From an uncultured Acidobacteriota bacterium (GTDB lineage: Bacteria > Acidobacteriota > Vicinamibacteria > Vicinamibacterales > CAVVIG01), in assembly GCA_963794305.1 (NCBI GenBank), contig CAWCDQ010000012.1, positions 7,884 through 71,883 on the forward strand: DNA of 64,000 bases, in the 5' to 3' direction. Positions 49,396-59,969 of this stretch are shown in pieces; position 1 is the first letter of the stretch, and each line of letters opens with the position of its first letter. Both the position numbers and the translations under genes were made by a program. Below the pieces are notes generated by a model that was given only the letters and a program-made list of their open reading frames with translations, was not told where the DNA came from and did no database searches.

Positions 49396-51873
49396 TGGCG
49401 GACCTTTCCAGTTGTCGAGCCCGGGTCGCCGCTCGCGACAGCCATGCTGAACGGCGTGCTCGCGACGATGCCGGCGATGACCGATGACCACGAGTAGTCG
49501 GCGGCCGCCGCATCGCGCGCGATCTCTGCGGACGGCGGGCATGTCGGGGTAGTCGAGACCGCGGCCGATCGCGTAGGCCAGCAGCTTCGCGCTGAGCGTG
49601 CGGACGAAGTCTTCTTTGTGGCTGACGAGCAGCGTCCGCAGGCCGGCGACTCCCTCGAATCGTGTGCCGTCCGGGAACGAGGCCGACGGATCGATCGGCA
49701 CGCCGTCGCTCACCGTGCGCCATTTTCCGAGGGCGTCGAAATTCTCGAGCGCGAACCCCAGCGGGTCCATCCGCTGATGGCACGACGCGCACGCGGGATT
49801 CTTCCGGTGGATCTGCATCCGCTCGCGGAGCGATTGCGGCTGACCCTCGGCGCCCGGTTCCTTGAGCGCAGGAATGTCGGGCGGCGGCGGCGGGGGAGGG
49901 GCGCCAAGCATGTTCGCCAGCAGCCAGCGTCCGCGCATCGTCACCGACGTGCGATTGGGGTATGAGGTGACCGTCAGGATGCTCGACTGGCCGAGGAGGC
50001 CTCCGCGGGTGCCGTCAGTGAACGTGACGCGCCGGAAATGATCGCCGTAGATATTGCGGATGCCGTAGTGCGTCGCCAGCCGCGCGTTCAGAAACGAATA
50101 ATTGGCGGTCAGCAGCTCCACCACGCTGCGATTGTCGTGCAGCTGGCTGCCGACAAACAGCCTGGTCTCCTGCTCCATCGCGTCGCGCAGGTTTTCGTCG
50201 AATTCCGGATAGAGCTCCGTGTCGGGGACGACACCCGAAAGCTTGCTCAACTCGAGCCAGCGGCTCGCGAAATTGTCGATCAGCGCCTTCGACCGCGGAT
50301 CGCGAAGCATCCGCTGCACCTGGTGCTCCAGCGTCGCCCGATCGCTCAGCTGTCCGCGAACCGCGGTATTTCGCAGCTCGTCGTCCGGGATGCTGCTCCA
50401 GAGAAAGAACGACAGCCGCGACGCCAGATCGAGATCGCCGAGGCGATAGACCGACCCGGTCGCCAGACCGGCGGGTTCGTGTTCGATGCGAAAGAGGAAG
50501 CTCGGTGCGGCGAGGATGCGCTCGATCCCGCGCTCGATGCCGGCATCGAAGTTCCCTTCGGTCCGGCCCGCCTTGTAGAAGCCGAGGAGCATCTGCACCT
50601 CGCTCTCGGTGACGGGCCGACGGTAGGCGCGCGCGGCGAGCGTCGACAGGATTGTCCTGGCGCACGCGTCTTCGGTCGCGGCATCCTTCGGTTGGCAGAC
50701 AAACAGCTTGCGGCGGCTCGGCGAGGCTCCCGAGTCCGGCTTTCCGTACGGGCCGCCAATCGACACGATCTCCACGGCGGGATTGCCATGGTAGTACTCG
50801 TTGGTCGTGCGTCCAAAGCCGGTCTGCGGCGGCTGCAGCACGCCTTCGGCTTCCCAGAATCGACTCACGAAGGACACGGCAACGTCGTGAGGGCCGGCCT
50901 TCACAGGCACGCGTACCTCGAGATTCGCGTCGGCCGTGTGCATGTATTCTTCGAACGCCGGATCGCCCTGCGTGTTGCCGGCGAAGTTTTCCGGAGCGGT
51001 CATCCCCTTCGCTTCGCCGCCCACCGTGAACCGCTTGACGCGGATGCCGTCGACGCGGACGTCGAGCTCATGCGGCTCGCCCATGCCGATGATGTAGTCG
51101 TACTCCTGCCGGCGCAGTAAGACCTTGATCGTGTACTCCGCATCGAGCGGGAAGTGATACCGGATCAGCGCGCCGCCCCGTGAACCGAACGGCAGATCGT
51201 CGCCGAGACGGTCATCCTGCACCAGCGCCTTGGAAATCTTGAAGCTGTCGACGACGGGACGCAGCGCCGGATCGCCGACGGCAAGGCGGCTGAGCGTTCG
51301 CGCCGCGGAGAGGTAGTTCTCGAGCAGCGCCGGCGAGACCGACAGCACGCTCGCCACGTTGTCGAAGCCTTCCTGATCGGCTTCGTCCGACGACAGCAAC
51401 GCACGGGCATCGATCTCGAGGCCGAGCAGATCGCGGATGGCGTTGGCGTACTCGCTGCGGTTCAATCGGTGGACGGGAACGCGGCCAGGATCCGGATGTG
51501 CTGCCGCCGCGCCGTCCAGTGCCTGTTCCAACGCCGCCGCGGCTGCCCGGTATGTGGCGGCATCCGGACGCGGCCGGCCCGGGGGCGGCATTTCGCCAGT
51601 GCGGAGCTTCGTGGCGATCTGTTCCCACCGTTGCGCGTCGGCTGCCACGTCCCGCACGTCGAGACGGTCGATCGCGAGGCCGGCGGTTTTCAGCGTGTCG
51701 TTGTGGCAGGTGACGCAGTACTTGTTGAGCGTCTGTTCGAGAGTCGGCGTTGAGGGAGAAGGGCTGGCGACTTGCGACGCCCGTGCGGTCATCTGGCCGG
51801 CCCACACTCCGGCCACGCCCAGCAGCGTCAGCAGCGCAGGCAGCAATCGCGGACGTGCCGCGCGTTCAGGCAT
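49392..51873 (-). CDS. DUF1592/DUF1588/DUF1585-family protein with PSCyt-type c-haem domain (1 frame break near 49530)
   Basis: Signal peptide and CxxCH (YCVTCHNDTLKTAGLAIDRL..LRTGEMPPPG). Motifs HRLNRSEYANAIRDLLG, LASRLSFFLWSSIPDDEL, NPACASCHQRMDPLG. The corrected C-terminus is ..RQIARDAAAADYSWSSVIAGIVASTPFSMAVASG..VRQ. Confidence 0.85.
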
Positions 51874-51922
51874 TCTCGGCCCTTCCGGCCCAAGTATGCC
51901 CTAAAGGGCTTTCCCCATGTGT

Positions 51923-51976
51923 GTAGTGTCCGCCTTTAGGCGGACCGCGCGCAGTCCGGCTAAAGCCGGACACTAC
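51923..51976. repeat. REP-like double-hairpin element, copy C
   Basis: GTAGTGTCCGCCtttaGGCGGACcgcgcgcaGTCCGGCtaaaGCCGGACACTAC, located between the DUF1592 start region and the RND gene end. Confidence 0.8.
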
Positions 51977-51988
51977 CGACTGTAGGAG

Positions 51989-54900
51989 CTACTTGCCGGC
52001 TGTTGCCGGTGTCAGCGACCGTGTGTCCTGGCGCGACTTCATCCAGGTCTGGAGCTGTGCCATGTAGGTATAGACCACCGGGGTCAGGAACAGCGTGACG
52101 AGCTGCGAGAAGAGAAGGCCGCCGACCACGACCAACCCCAGCGGCTGCCGCGCTTCGCCGCCCGCGCCGTAGCCGACCGCGATCGGCAGCGCGCCGAGCA
52201 GCGCGGCCATCGTCGTCATCATGATGGGACGGAAGCGAATCAGGCAGCCTTCGTAGATCGCAGCCTCCGGCGTCTTGCCGCCGCGTTCCGCTTCGAGCGC
52301 GAAGTCGATCTGCATGATCGCGTTCTTTTCGACGATGCCGATCAGCATGATCATGCCGACGAACGCGTAGATGTTCAGATCCATCCGGAAGACGAGGAGT
52401 GTGACGAGCGCGCCGAATGCGGCCGAGGGCAGGCCCGAGAGAATCGTGAGCGGGTGGATGTAGCTCTCGTAGAGGATCCCCAGCACGATGTAGACGACCA
52501 TGATCGCGATCACGAGCAGGACGGCAAGGTTGCCGAGCGAGCTCTCGAACGCTTTCGCGGCGCCCTGGAATGCGCCGCTCACGCCTTCCGGCAGCGTCTC
52601 GTCCGCAATCTTCTGCACGCGGGTCAGCACATCGCCGAGCGATGCGCCCGGAGCGAGGCCGAAGGAGATCGTGACGGCCGGCAGCTGTCCGTGATGGTTC
52701 ACCGTCTGGGGGCCGACGACCTGCGTGGTCTTGGCGAGCGTGTCGAGCGGCACCACGGTGCCCGCATTCGCCGTCCCCGCGCCGCCGAGCGCGCCGCCGA
52801 TCGTGCCCGACGCCGTGCCTCCGCCGGCCGCTGCTCCAGCGCCGCCGGCTGCCGCCGCGTTCGCGGCGTTCGCGGCAGCACCAGCACCCGCCTGCGGCGT
52901 CGCCTTGAAGTAGAGCATCGACAACGCGCCCGGGTCGTTCTGGAACTGCGGCGCGAGCTCGAGCAGCACCTTGTACTCGTTCACCGGCGCGTAGATCGTC
53001 GAGACCCAGCGCGGACCGTAGGCGTCGTAGAACGCGCTCTCGATCTGGTTCGCGGTGACGCCGAGCGCCGCGGCCTTGTCGCGGTCGATTTCAACGTTGA
53101 CCTGCGGGCTCGAAATCTCGAGGTCGCTGGTCAAATCCTCGATGCCGGGCAGGCCGTTGAGCGCCTTGCGCAGGTTGCGCGACGCTTCGTACAGCTGCTC
53201 GCGGTTGGGCGACTGCATCGAGAACTGGTACAGGCTCTTGCTGACCTGGCCGCCGATGCGCACCGTCGGCGGGTTCTGCATGTAGACGTCCATGCCGGCA
53301 ATCCTGGCGATCTCCGGCCTGCAGCTTCGCGATGATGTCGCCGGCCAGCTCCTTGCGGTCTCCACGCGGCTTCAGGTGGACGACGATCTGTCCGAGGTTC
53401 GGTCCGCCGAGCGTGGCCGCCGCGCTGCCGCCGATGGTCGAGACGAGCCCTTCGACGTTGGGGTCTGCGCGAATGATGTTGGCGACCTTGTCCTGGTACT
53501 CGACCAGCTTGTCGTACGACGTGCCCTGCGCCGCCTCGGTGGTGACCGCGATCTGGTCGGTGTCCTGCTCGGGGATGAAGCCCTTGGGCACGAGCACGAA
53601 GAGCACGCCGGTGAGAATCAGCACGGCCACGAACGACGACCATCGTGGCGGGACGATGGCGCAGGACGATCTGCAGCGCCTTGTCGTAGCCGCTGCAGCA
53701 TGCTGTCGAAGCCCTGCTCGGTGACGCGGCCGAACTTCGACTCCTCGCCGTGCTTGTGCGGCTTCTTGAGGAACAGGCTGCACAGCATCGGCGTGAGCGT
53801 GACCGAGACGACGCCGGAGATCAGGATGGCGACGCAGATGGTGACGGAGAACTCGCGGAACAGGCGGCCGAGGACGCCGCCCATGAACAGCACGGGAATG
53901 AACACCGCCGCGAGCGACAGCGTCATCGACACGATGGTGAAGCCGATTTCACGCGAGCCGACGAGCGACGCCGTCAGCGGATCCTCGCCCATCTCGACGT
54001 GCCGGTAGATGTTCTCCAGCATCACGATCGCGTCGTCGACGACGAAGCCGACCGACAGGATGAGCGCCATCATCGACAGGTTGTCGAGGCTGTAGCCCAG
54101 CATGTACATGACCGCGAAGGTGCCGATGATCGAGAACGGCAGCGCGAGGCTGGGGATGATCGTGGCCCACACGTTCCGCAGGAACACGAAGATCACCATG
54201 ATGACCAGCGCGAGGGTCAGCAGCATGGTGAACTGCACGTCGCGGTACGACTCGCGGATCGTGTCGGAGCGATCGTAGAGCACGTCCATGTGGATGCTGG
54301 ACGGCAGCTCGAGCTTCCACTGCGGCATCAGCGCCTTCACGGCGTCGGCGACCGCGATCGTGTTCGTGCCGGGCTGGCGCTGGATGCCGAGCGTGATCGC
54401 CCGCTGCGTGTCGTCGCGCGTGTAGAACCACGACGCCGTCCGCTCGTCTTCGACGCCGTCCTTGATGTTGCCGAGCTCGCCCAGCCGCACCGGCGCGCCG
54501 TTGCGGTAGGCGACGATCATGTTCTTGTACTCGTCGGCCGTCATCAGCTGGCCGGTCGCCTGGAGCGTGTAGGTCTTGTGCGGGCCGATGATCGAGCCGG
54601 TCGGCGTGTTCACGTTCCAGTTGCGGAGCGACGCTTCGACCTCGTTGATGCCGATCTGCCGCGCGGCGAGCGCGTGGGGATCGAGCTGCGCGTGGACGGC
54701 GAACTTCTGGCTGCCGAGCACCTGCACCTGCGCGACGCCGCTGACCATCGAGATGCGCTGCGCGATGCGCGTTTCGGCGTACTCGTCGAGGGTCCACGGC
54801 GGCACCGTCGTCGACGTGATCACGAGATAGAGAATCGGCTGGTCGGCCGGATTCACCTTGGTGAAGGTGGGCGGCGTCGGCATGCCCTGCGGCAGCAGGC

Positions 54901-55250
54901 GCGCCGCCTGCGTGATCGCGCCCTGCACGTCGACCGCGGCGCCGTCGAGGCTGCGGTTCAGGTCGAACTCGAGCGTGATCTGCGTCGAGCCGAGCGAGTT
55001 GACCGACGTCATCGACTCGAGGCCGGCGATCATCGAGAACTGGTTCTCGAGCGGCGTCGCGACCGAGGCGCCCATCGTCTCCGGGCTGGCGCCCGGCAGC
55101 TGCGCCGTGACCAGCAGCGTCGGGAAGTCGACGTTGGGCAGGTCGCTGACCGGCAGCGAGCGATACGCCACCATGCCGAACAAGCGCGATCGCCGCCATG
55201 AGCAGGCTCGTGGCGATCGGCCGCTTGATGAACCCTTCAGAGATATTCAC
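51989..55250 (-). CDS. RND multidrug efflux permease (AcrB/MdtC-like), distal gene of a tandem pair (4 frame breaks)
   Basis: GTG 55250 (VNISEGFIKRPIATSLLM). Motifs LDNLSMMALILSVGFVVDDAIVMLENI and, in the C-terminal half, NAIMQIDFALEAER..IRFRPIMMTTMAALLGALP. Breaks are near 55182, 53700, 53635 and 53320. Confidence 0.85.
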
Positions 55251-55264
55251 TAGTCACCGAATTG

Positions 55265-58200
55265 CTATGCGGTAGCGGGCTTTGCCACCGCGCCTCGAAT
55301 CTTGCGCGTCTTGAACAGCCCGGCCATGTAGGTGTAGACCACCGGCGTGAGATACAGCGTGATGAGCTGCGAGACGACGAGTCCGCCGACGACCGCGAGC
55401 CCGAGCGGACGGCGCGCCTCGCCGCCGGCGCCGTAGCCGAGCGCGATCGGCACCGACCCGAGCAGCGCGGCCATCGTCGTCATCATGATCGGACGGAAGC
55501 GGATCACGCAGCCTTCGTAGATCGCTTCGGTCGGCGTCTTGCCGTGCTGCCGCTCGGCTTCCAGCGCGAAGTCGATCTGCATGATCGCGTTCTTCTTCAC
55601 GATGCCGATGAGCATGACCAGGCCGACGAACGAGTAGATGTTCAGCTCGTTGCCGAACAGGTAGAGCGTGACCAGCGCGCCGAGGCCGGCCGACGGCAGC
55701 CCCGAGAGAATCGTGATCGGGTGAATGTAGCTCTCGTAGAGCGCGCCGAGCACGATGTAGACGACGCCGATGGCGACGAAGAGCAGCAGGCCGAGGTTGT
55801 TCATCGACTGCTGGAACACCTTGGCCTGCCCCTCGAAGCTGGTCGTGATCGTCGGCGGCAGCAGCCGGTCGGCGACCTGCTTCACGTGCGCGGTGGCCGC
55901 GCCGAGCGAGACGCCCGGCTTGAGGCCGAACGACACCGACACCGACGGCAGCTGTCCCGAGTGGTTGATCGACTGCGGTCCGACCGTCTCCTTGAAATCG
56001 ATCACCGACTGCAGCGGCACCAGCGAGCCGTTGGGCGCCTTGAACGCGACCTTCTCGAGCGAGTCGATGTGGCCCTGGTACTTCGGGTCGAGCTCGAGCA
56101 GGACGCGGTACTGCGCGGTGTCGCCGTAGATCGTGGTCGACCACTTCGGCCCGAGCGCGTCGTAGAGCGCGTTCTGGACCGTGGTGGCGTTAGCCCGGTC
56201 GCCGCGGCCTTGTCGCGATTGATCACCAGGTTGATGCGCGGGCTCTTCATCTCCATGTCGGTGGAGACATCCTGCACCTCCGGCGACGCTCGCTGCGATG
56301 GCCGCCTCCAGCTTCGGCGCCCACTCGTAGAGCTCGTCGGTGTTCATGCTCTGCATCATGATGCTGAAGTTCTGGTTGCCCATGCGCCCGCCGATCTGCA
56401 GAGAGGGCGGGAGGCCGACGAAGCCCGTGAAGCCGGGGAACCGGAGCAGCTGCGGCCGCAGCTGCTGCGCGATCTGCTGCGCCGTCAGGTCGCGCTGCGC
56501 GCGCGGCAGCGAGCTGCACCATGATGCGGCCGTTGTTCGAGCCGCCGCCGCCCGGGCCGCCGCCGACGCTGGCGAGGAACGAGTCGACGTACTTGTTCCG
56601 GATGACGACGTCGCCGACCTGCTGCGTCCACTTGCGCCATGTCGTAGTACGACGTGCCCTGGCCCGCCTGCAGGTTGACGAACATCGAGTCGTTGTCCTG
56701 ATCGGGGATGAACCCGGTCGGGATGATGTTGAACATGTGCACCGTCGAAGCTAGCGACGGCGACGAAGACGCCGAGCATGACCACGCGGTGGCGCAGCAC
56801 GATCGCCAGGCTCCACTCGTAGCCGTGCGAGCAGCGCGTCGAAGGCGCGGTCCATCAGCCCGGCGAAGCCCTTCTTGGTGTGGACCACCTTGCAGGAAGC
56901 GGCTGCACAGCATCGGCGTCAGCGTGACCGACACGATGCCGGAGATCAGAATCGCGGTGGTGATGGTGACGGCGAACTCGCGGAACAGCCGGCCGAGGAT
57001 CCCGCTCATGAAGAGAATCGGGATGAACACCGCGGCCAGCGACGTGGTCATCGTCAGAATCGTGAAGCCGATTTCCTGCGAGCCCTTCAGCGACGCCTCG
57101 AGCGGCTTCTCGCCGCTCTCCATGTGCCGCACGATGTTCTCGAGCATCACGATGGCGTCGTCGACGACGAAGCCGATCGAGAGGATGAGCGCCATCATCG
57201 ACAGGTTGTTGAGGCTGAAGTGCAGCATCTGCATCACGGCGAAGGTGCCGAGGATGGAGAAGGGCAGCGCGAGCGCCGGAATCAGCGTCGCCGACGCGTT
57301 GTGGAGGAAGAGGTAGATGACGCCGACCACCAGCACCAGCGTGATGAGCATCGTCACCTGGATGTCCTTGAACGCCGCGCGGATCGTGCGCGAGCGATCC
57401 TGCCGCGGCGTGAGGTGCACCGACGGCGGGAGCTGCGATTCGAAGGACGGCAGGAGCTGCGCGGACGGCGTCGGTCACCTCGATGGTGTTCGTTCCCGGC
57501 TGCCGCATCACCTGCAGCGTGATCGCGGTCTGCTTCAGCGGCGGGGCCGTCGGCCCGCCCGGCTTCGTGTAGAACCACGAGCCGTTCATGACGTTCTCGA
57601 TGCTGTCGATGACGTTGGCCACCTGATCGAGGCGGACCGGCGCGCCCTTGCGATAGCTGACGATGATCGGCCGGAACGCGGCCGCGTTCATCAGCTGACC
57701 GCCCGCCTTGATGTTGTAGGTGGACTGCGCGCCGAACAGCTGGCCGGTCGGCAGGTTGACGTTCCAGTTCTGGAGCGCCGTGTCGATCTCGTTGAGGCCG
57801 ATCTGCTGCGCGTGGAGCTTGTCGGGGTCGAGCTGCACGCGCACGGCGTACTTCGACGCGCCCTGCACCTGCACCTGCGAGACGCCGCTCACCATCGAGA
57901 TGCGCGGCGCGATCATCGTTTCCGCGTAGTCGTCGAGCGCCGACAGCGGCAGCGTGTTGGACGTCAGGTTCAGCATCAGGATCGGCTGATCGTTCGGGTT
58001 GTTCTTGCGGAACGACGGCGGCGACGGCATGCCCGCCGGCAGCAGCGGCATCACCGCGGCGATCGCGGTCTGCACGTCGACCGTCGCGCTGTCGATGTCG
58101 CGATTGAGGTCGAACTGCAGCGTGATGTTCGTGTTGCCCGAGCCGCTGCGCGACGTCATCGAGTCGAGGCCGGCAATCGTCGTGAACTGGCGCTCCAGCG

Positions 58201-58401
58201 GGCTGGCCACCGACGAGGCCATCGTGCCCGGATCGCCGCCGGGCAGCCCGGCGCTGACGTTGAGCGTCGGGTAGTCCACCTGCGGCAGATCGCTGACCGG
58301 CAGCGCCCGGTACGCGATGACGCCGAACAGCGCGATGCCCGACCATCAGCAGGCTGGTCGCGATCGGGCGCGCCGGATGAAGACTCTCAGAAGACGTTCA
58401 C
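55265..58401 (-). CDS. RND multidrug efflux permease (AcrB/MdtB-like), proximal gene of a tandem pair (about 11 frame breaks)
   Basis: Stitched from ORFs 56855-58279, 56485-57420, 55265-56800 and short pieces (56247-56522, 56002-56277). Motifs ..FIRR..PIATSLLMVG.., LNNLSMMALILSIGFVVDDAIVMLENI, NAIMQIDFALEAER..IRFRPIMMTTMAALLGSVP. Confidence 0.8.
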
Positions 58402-58447
58402 GGCGATGCTCCGCTGACTGGCGCTCGATGCCGCACTGCCGACATGC

Positions 58448-59845
58448 TACTGACGACCCGCGCCGGCTCCGCCAGCGGGTGGCGCGCCGGCCGCGCCGCG
58501 GGCGCCGTCGCCGCCAGCTCGGCTGCCGCCTTCACCGCCGCCGCGACTGCCGCCGTCCGCGCCGCCCCGGTTGCCGCCGCGGCCGCCGCGCCCACGTCCG
58601 GCGCCGCCGCCGCCGGCCGGTCAGATCCGTCGTCACGCGCGATCCCGGCTCGAGGCGCAGCTGACCTTCGGTGACGACCGTCTCACCCGGCTTCAGGCCT
58701 TTCTGCACGACGGTGTCGTCCTCGACACGCTGGCCGACGGTCACCGAGCGCTGCTCGACCGTCTGATCGTCTTTCACGACGAACACGTACTGGCCGTCCT
58801 GGCCGGTCTGCACGGCCTGCGACGGCACGACGGTCGCGTTGTCGAGCGTGGTGAGCCGCAGCGAGACGCGCGCGAACTGGCCCGGCCACAGACGACGGTC
58901 CGGGTTGTCGAAGGTCGCCTTGAGCTTGATCGTGTCGGTGGTCATGTCGACGGCGTTGTCGACGAAGGAGAGCGTGCCGACCGAAGGCTGCGCCGTGGTG
59001 TCCTGCGGCGTCGCGGTGACGGGGAGCTTGCCGCCGGTCATGTGCGATTTGATCGTGCCGAGATGGATGGCCGGCACGGTGAAGGTGACGAGCACGGGCT
59101 GCACGCGCGCGATCGTCGTCATCTCCGTCTGGTTCGCGGTGACGAGGCTGCCGACCTTGACCGACAGGTTGCCGGTCTGTCCGTCGATCGGCGACTTGAT
59201 GGTCGTGTAGTCGAGCGAGACTTTCGCGGCGTCCACGGCGCCTTGCTGCGCCGCGAGCTGCGCGCGGGCGCTGTCGATGGACGCGCGGTCGGCCTTGACG
59301 AGCGCGGCGGTCGCGTCGGCCTGCGCTCGCGTCTGCTCGGCGATGTCCTTCGAGATGATGCCGCGCGTGTTCAGCTGCTGCTGGCGCTCGGCCGTGAGCT
59401 GCATGTACTCGGCGTTGGCCGCGTCGCGCGCCAGCTGCGCTTCGGCTTGCGCCAGCAGGGCGCGGTCGCGCACCAGGTTCGCATCCGCCATCGCGAGCGC
59501 GGCCTCGAAGGGGCGACGATCGAGGCTGACGAGGACCTGTCCCTGCTTGACCATATCGCCTTCGTGGAAGGACAGTTCCTCCACGACGCCGGTGACCTGG
59601 GAGCGCAGCGAGATGCTGGCGTACGCTTCGACGTTGCCGATAGCGGCGAGATCGACGGGAACATCCTTCGCGGTGACCTTGGAGGTCACGACCGGCGCCG
59701 CCGCGCCGTCGCCGCCGCGTCCTCGTCCGCGTCCGCCGCCACCGGGTCCGGCCGCTGATGTATTGCTACCGCAGGCGGCGCCCGCAAGGGCGGTCGCGCC
59801 AGCCGCGGCGATGATAAGAGACCGGAAACAAAAGCGTCTGAACAC
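58448..59845 (-). CDS. RND periplasmic adaptor (membrane fusion protein, MdtA/HlyD_D23 family), lipoprotein
   Basis: SD GGAG before GTG 59845. Lipobox-like ALAGAAC. Barrel-sandwich and coiled-coil hairpin regions (..VSLDRRPFEAALAMADANLVRDRALLAQAEAQLARD..). The 3' end is ambiguous: the listed frame stops at 58532, while a Gly/Arg-rich alternative frame stops at 58448. Confidence 0.8.
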
Positions 59846-59953
59846 CGTTAGCTCCAAGCTGTGGGAAGGCACACTGATCCGTGTCGTATAGGAGGATACG
59901 GGGGCTTCGACCACACTATTTACCCCCAGGACGTCATTTGATGTCTCTTTTTA

Positions 59954-59969
59954 GAATACTTACGTATTC
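59954..59969. promoter_or_regulatory. perfect inverted repeat GAATACttacGTATTC abutting ATG 59970
   Basis: 6-4-6 palindrome read directly in the AT-rich 124-bp divergent region between the efflux operon and the Kdo-hydroxylase-like gene. No SD is visible. Confidence 0.35.

Noticed and set aside
53750-58417. Plus-strand ORFs of 366-483 aa (53750-55201, 55262-56524, 57317-58417), plus shorter ones
   Set aside because: They are antisense shadows of the two RND permease genes. The peptides are dominated by R, D, H, E and Q runs.
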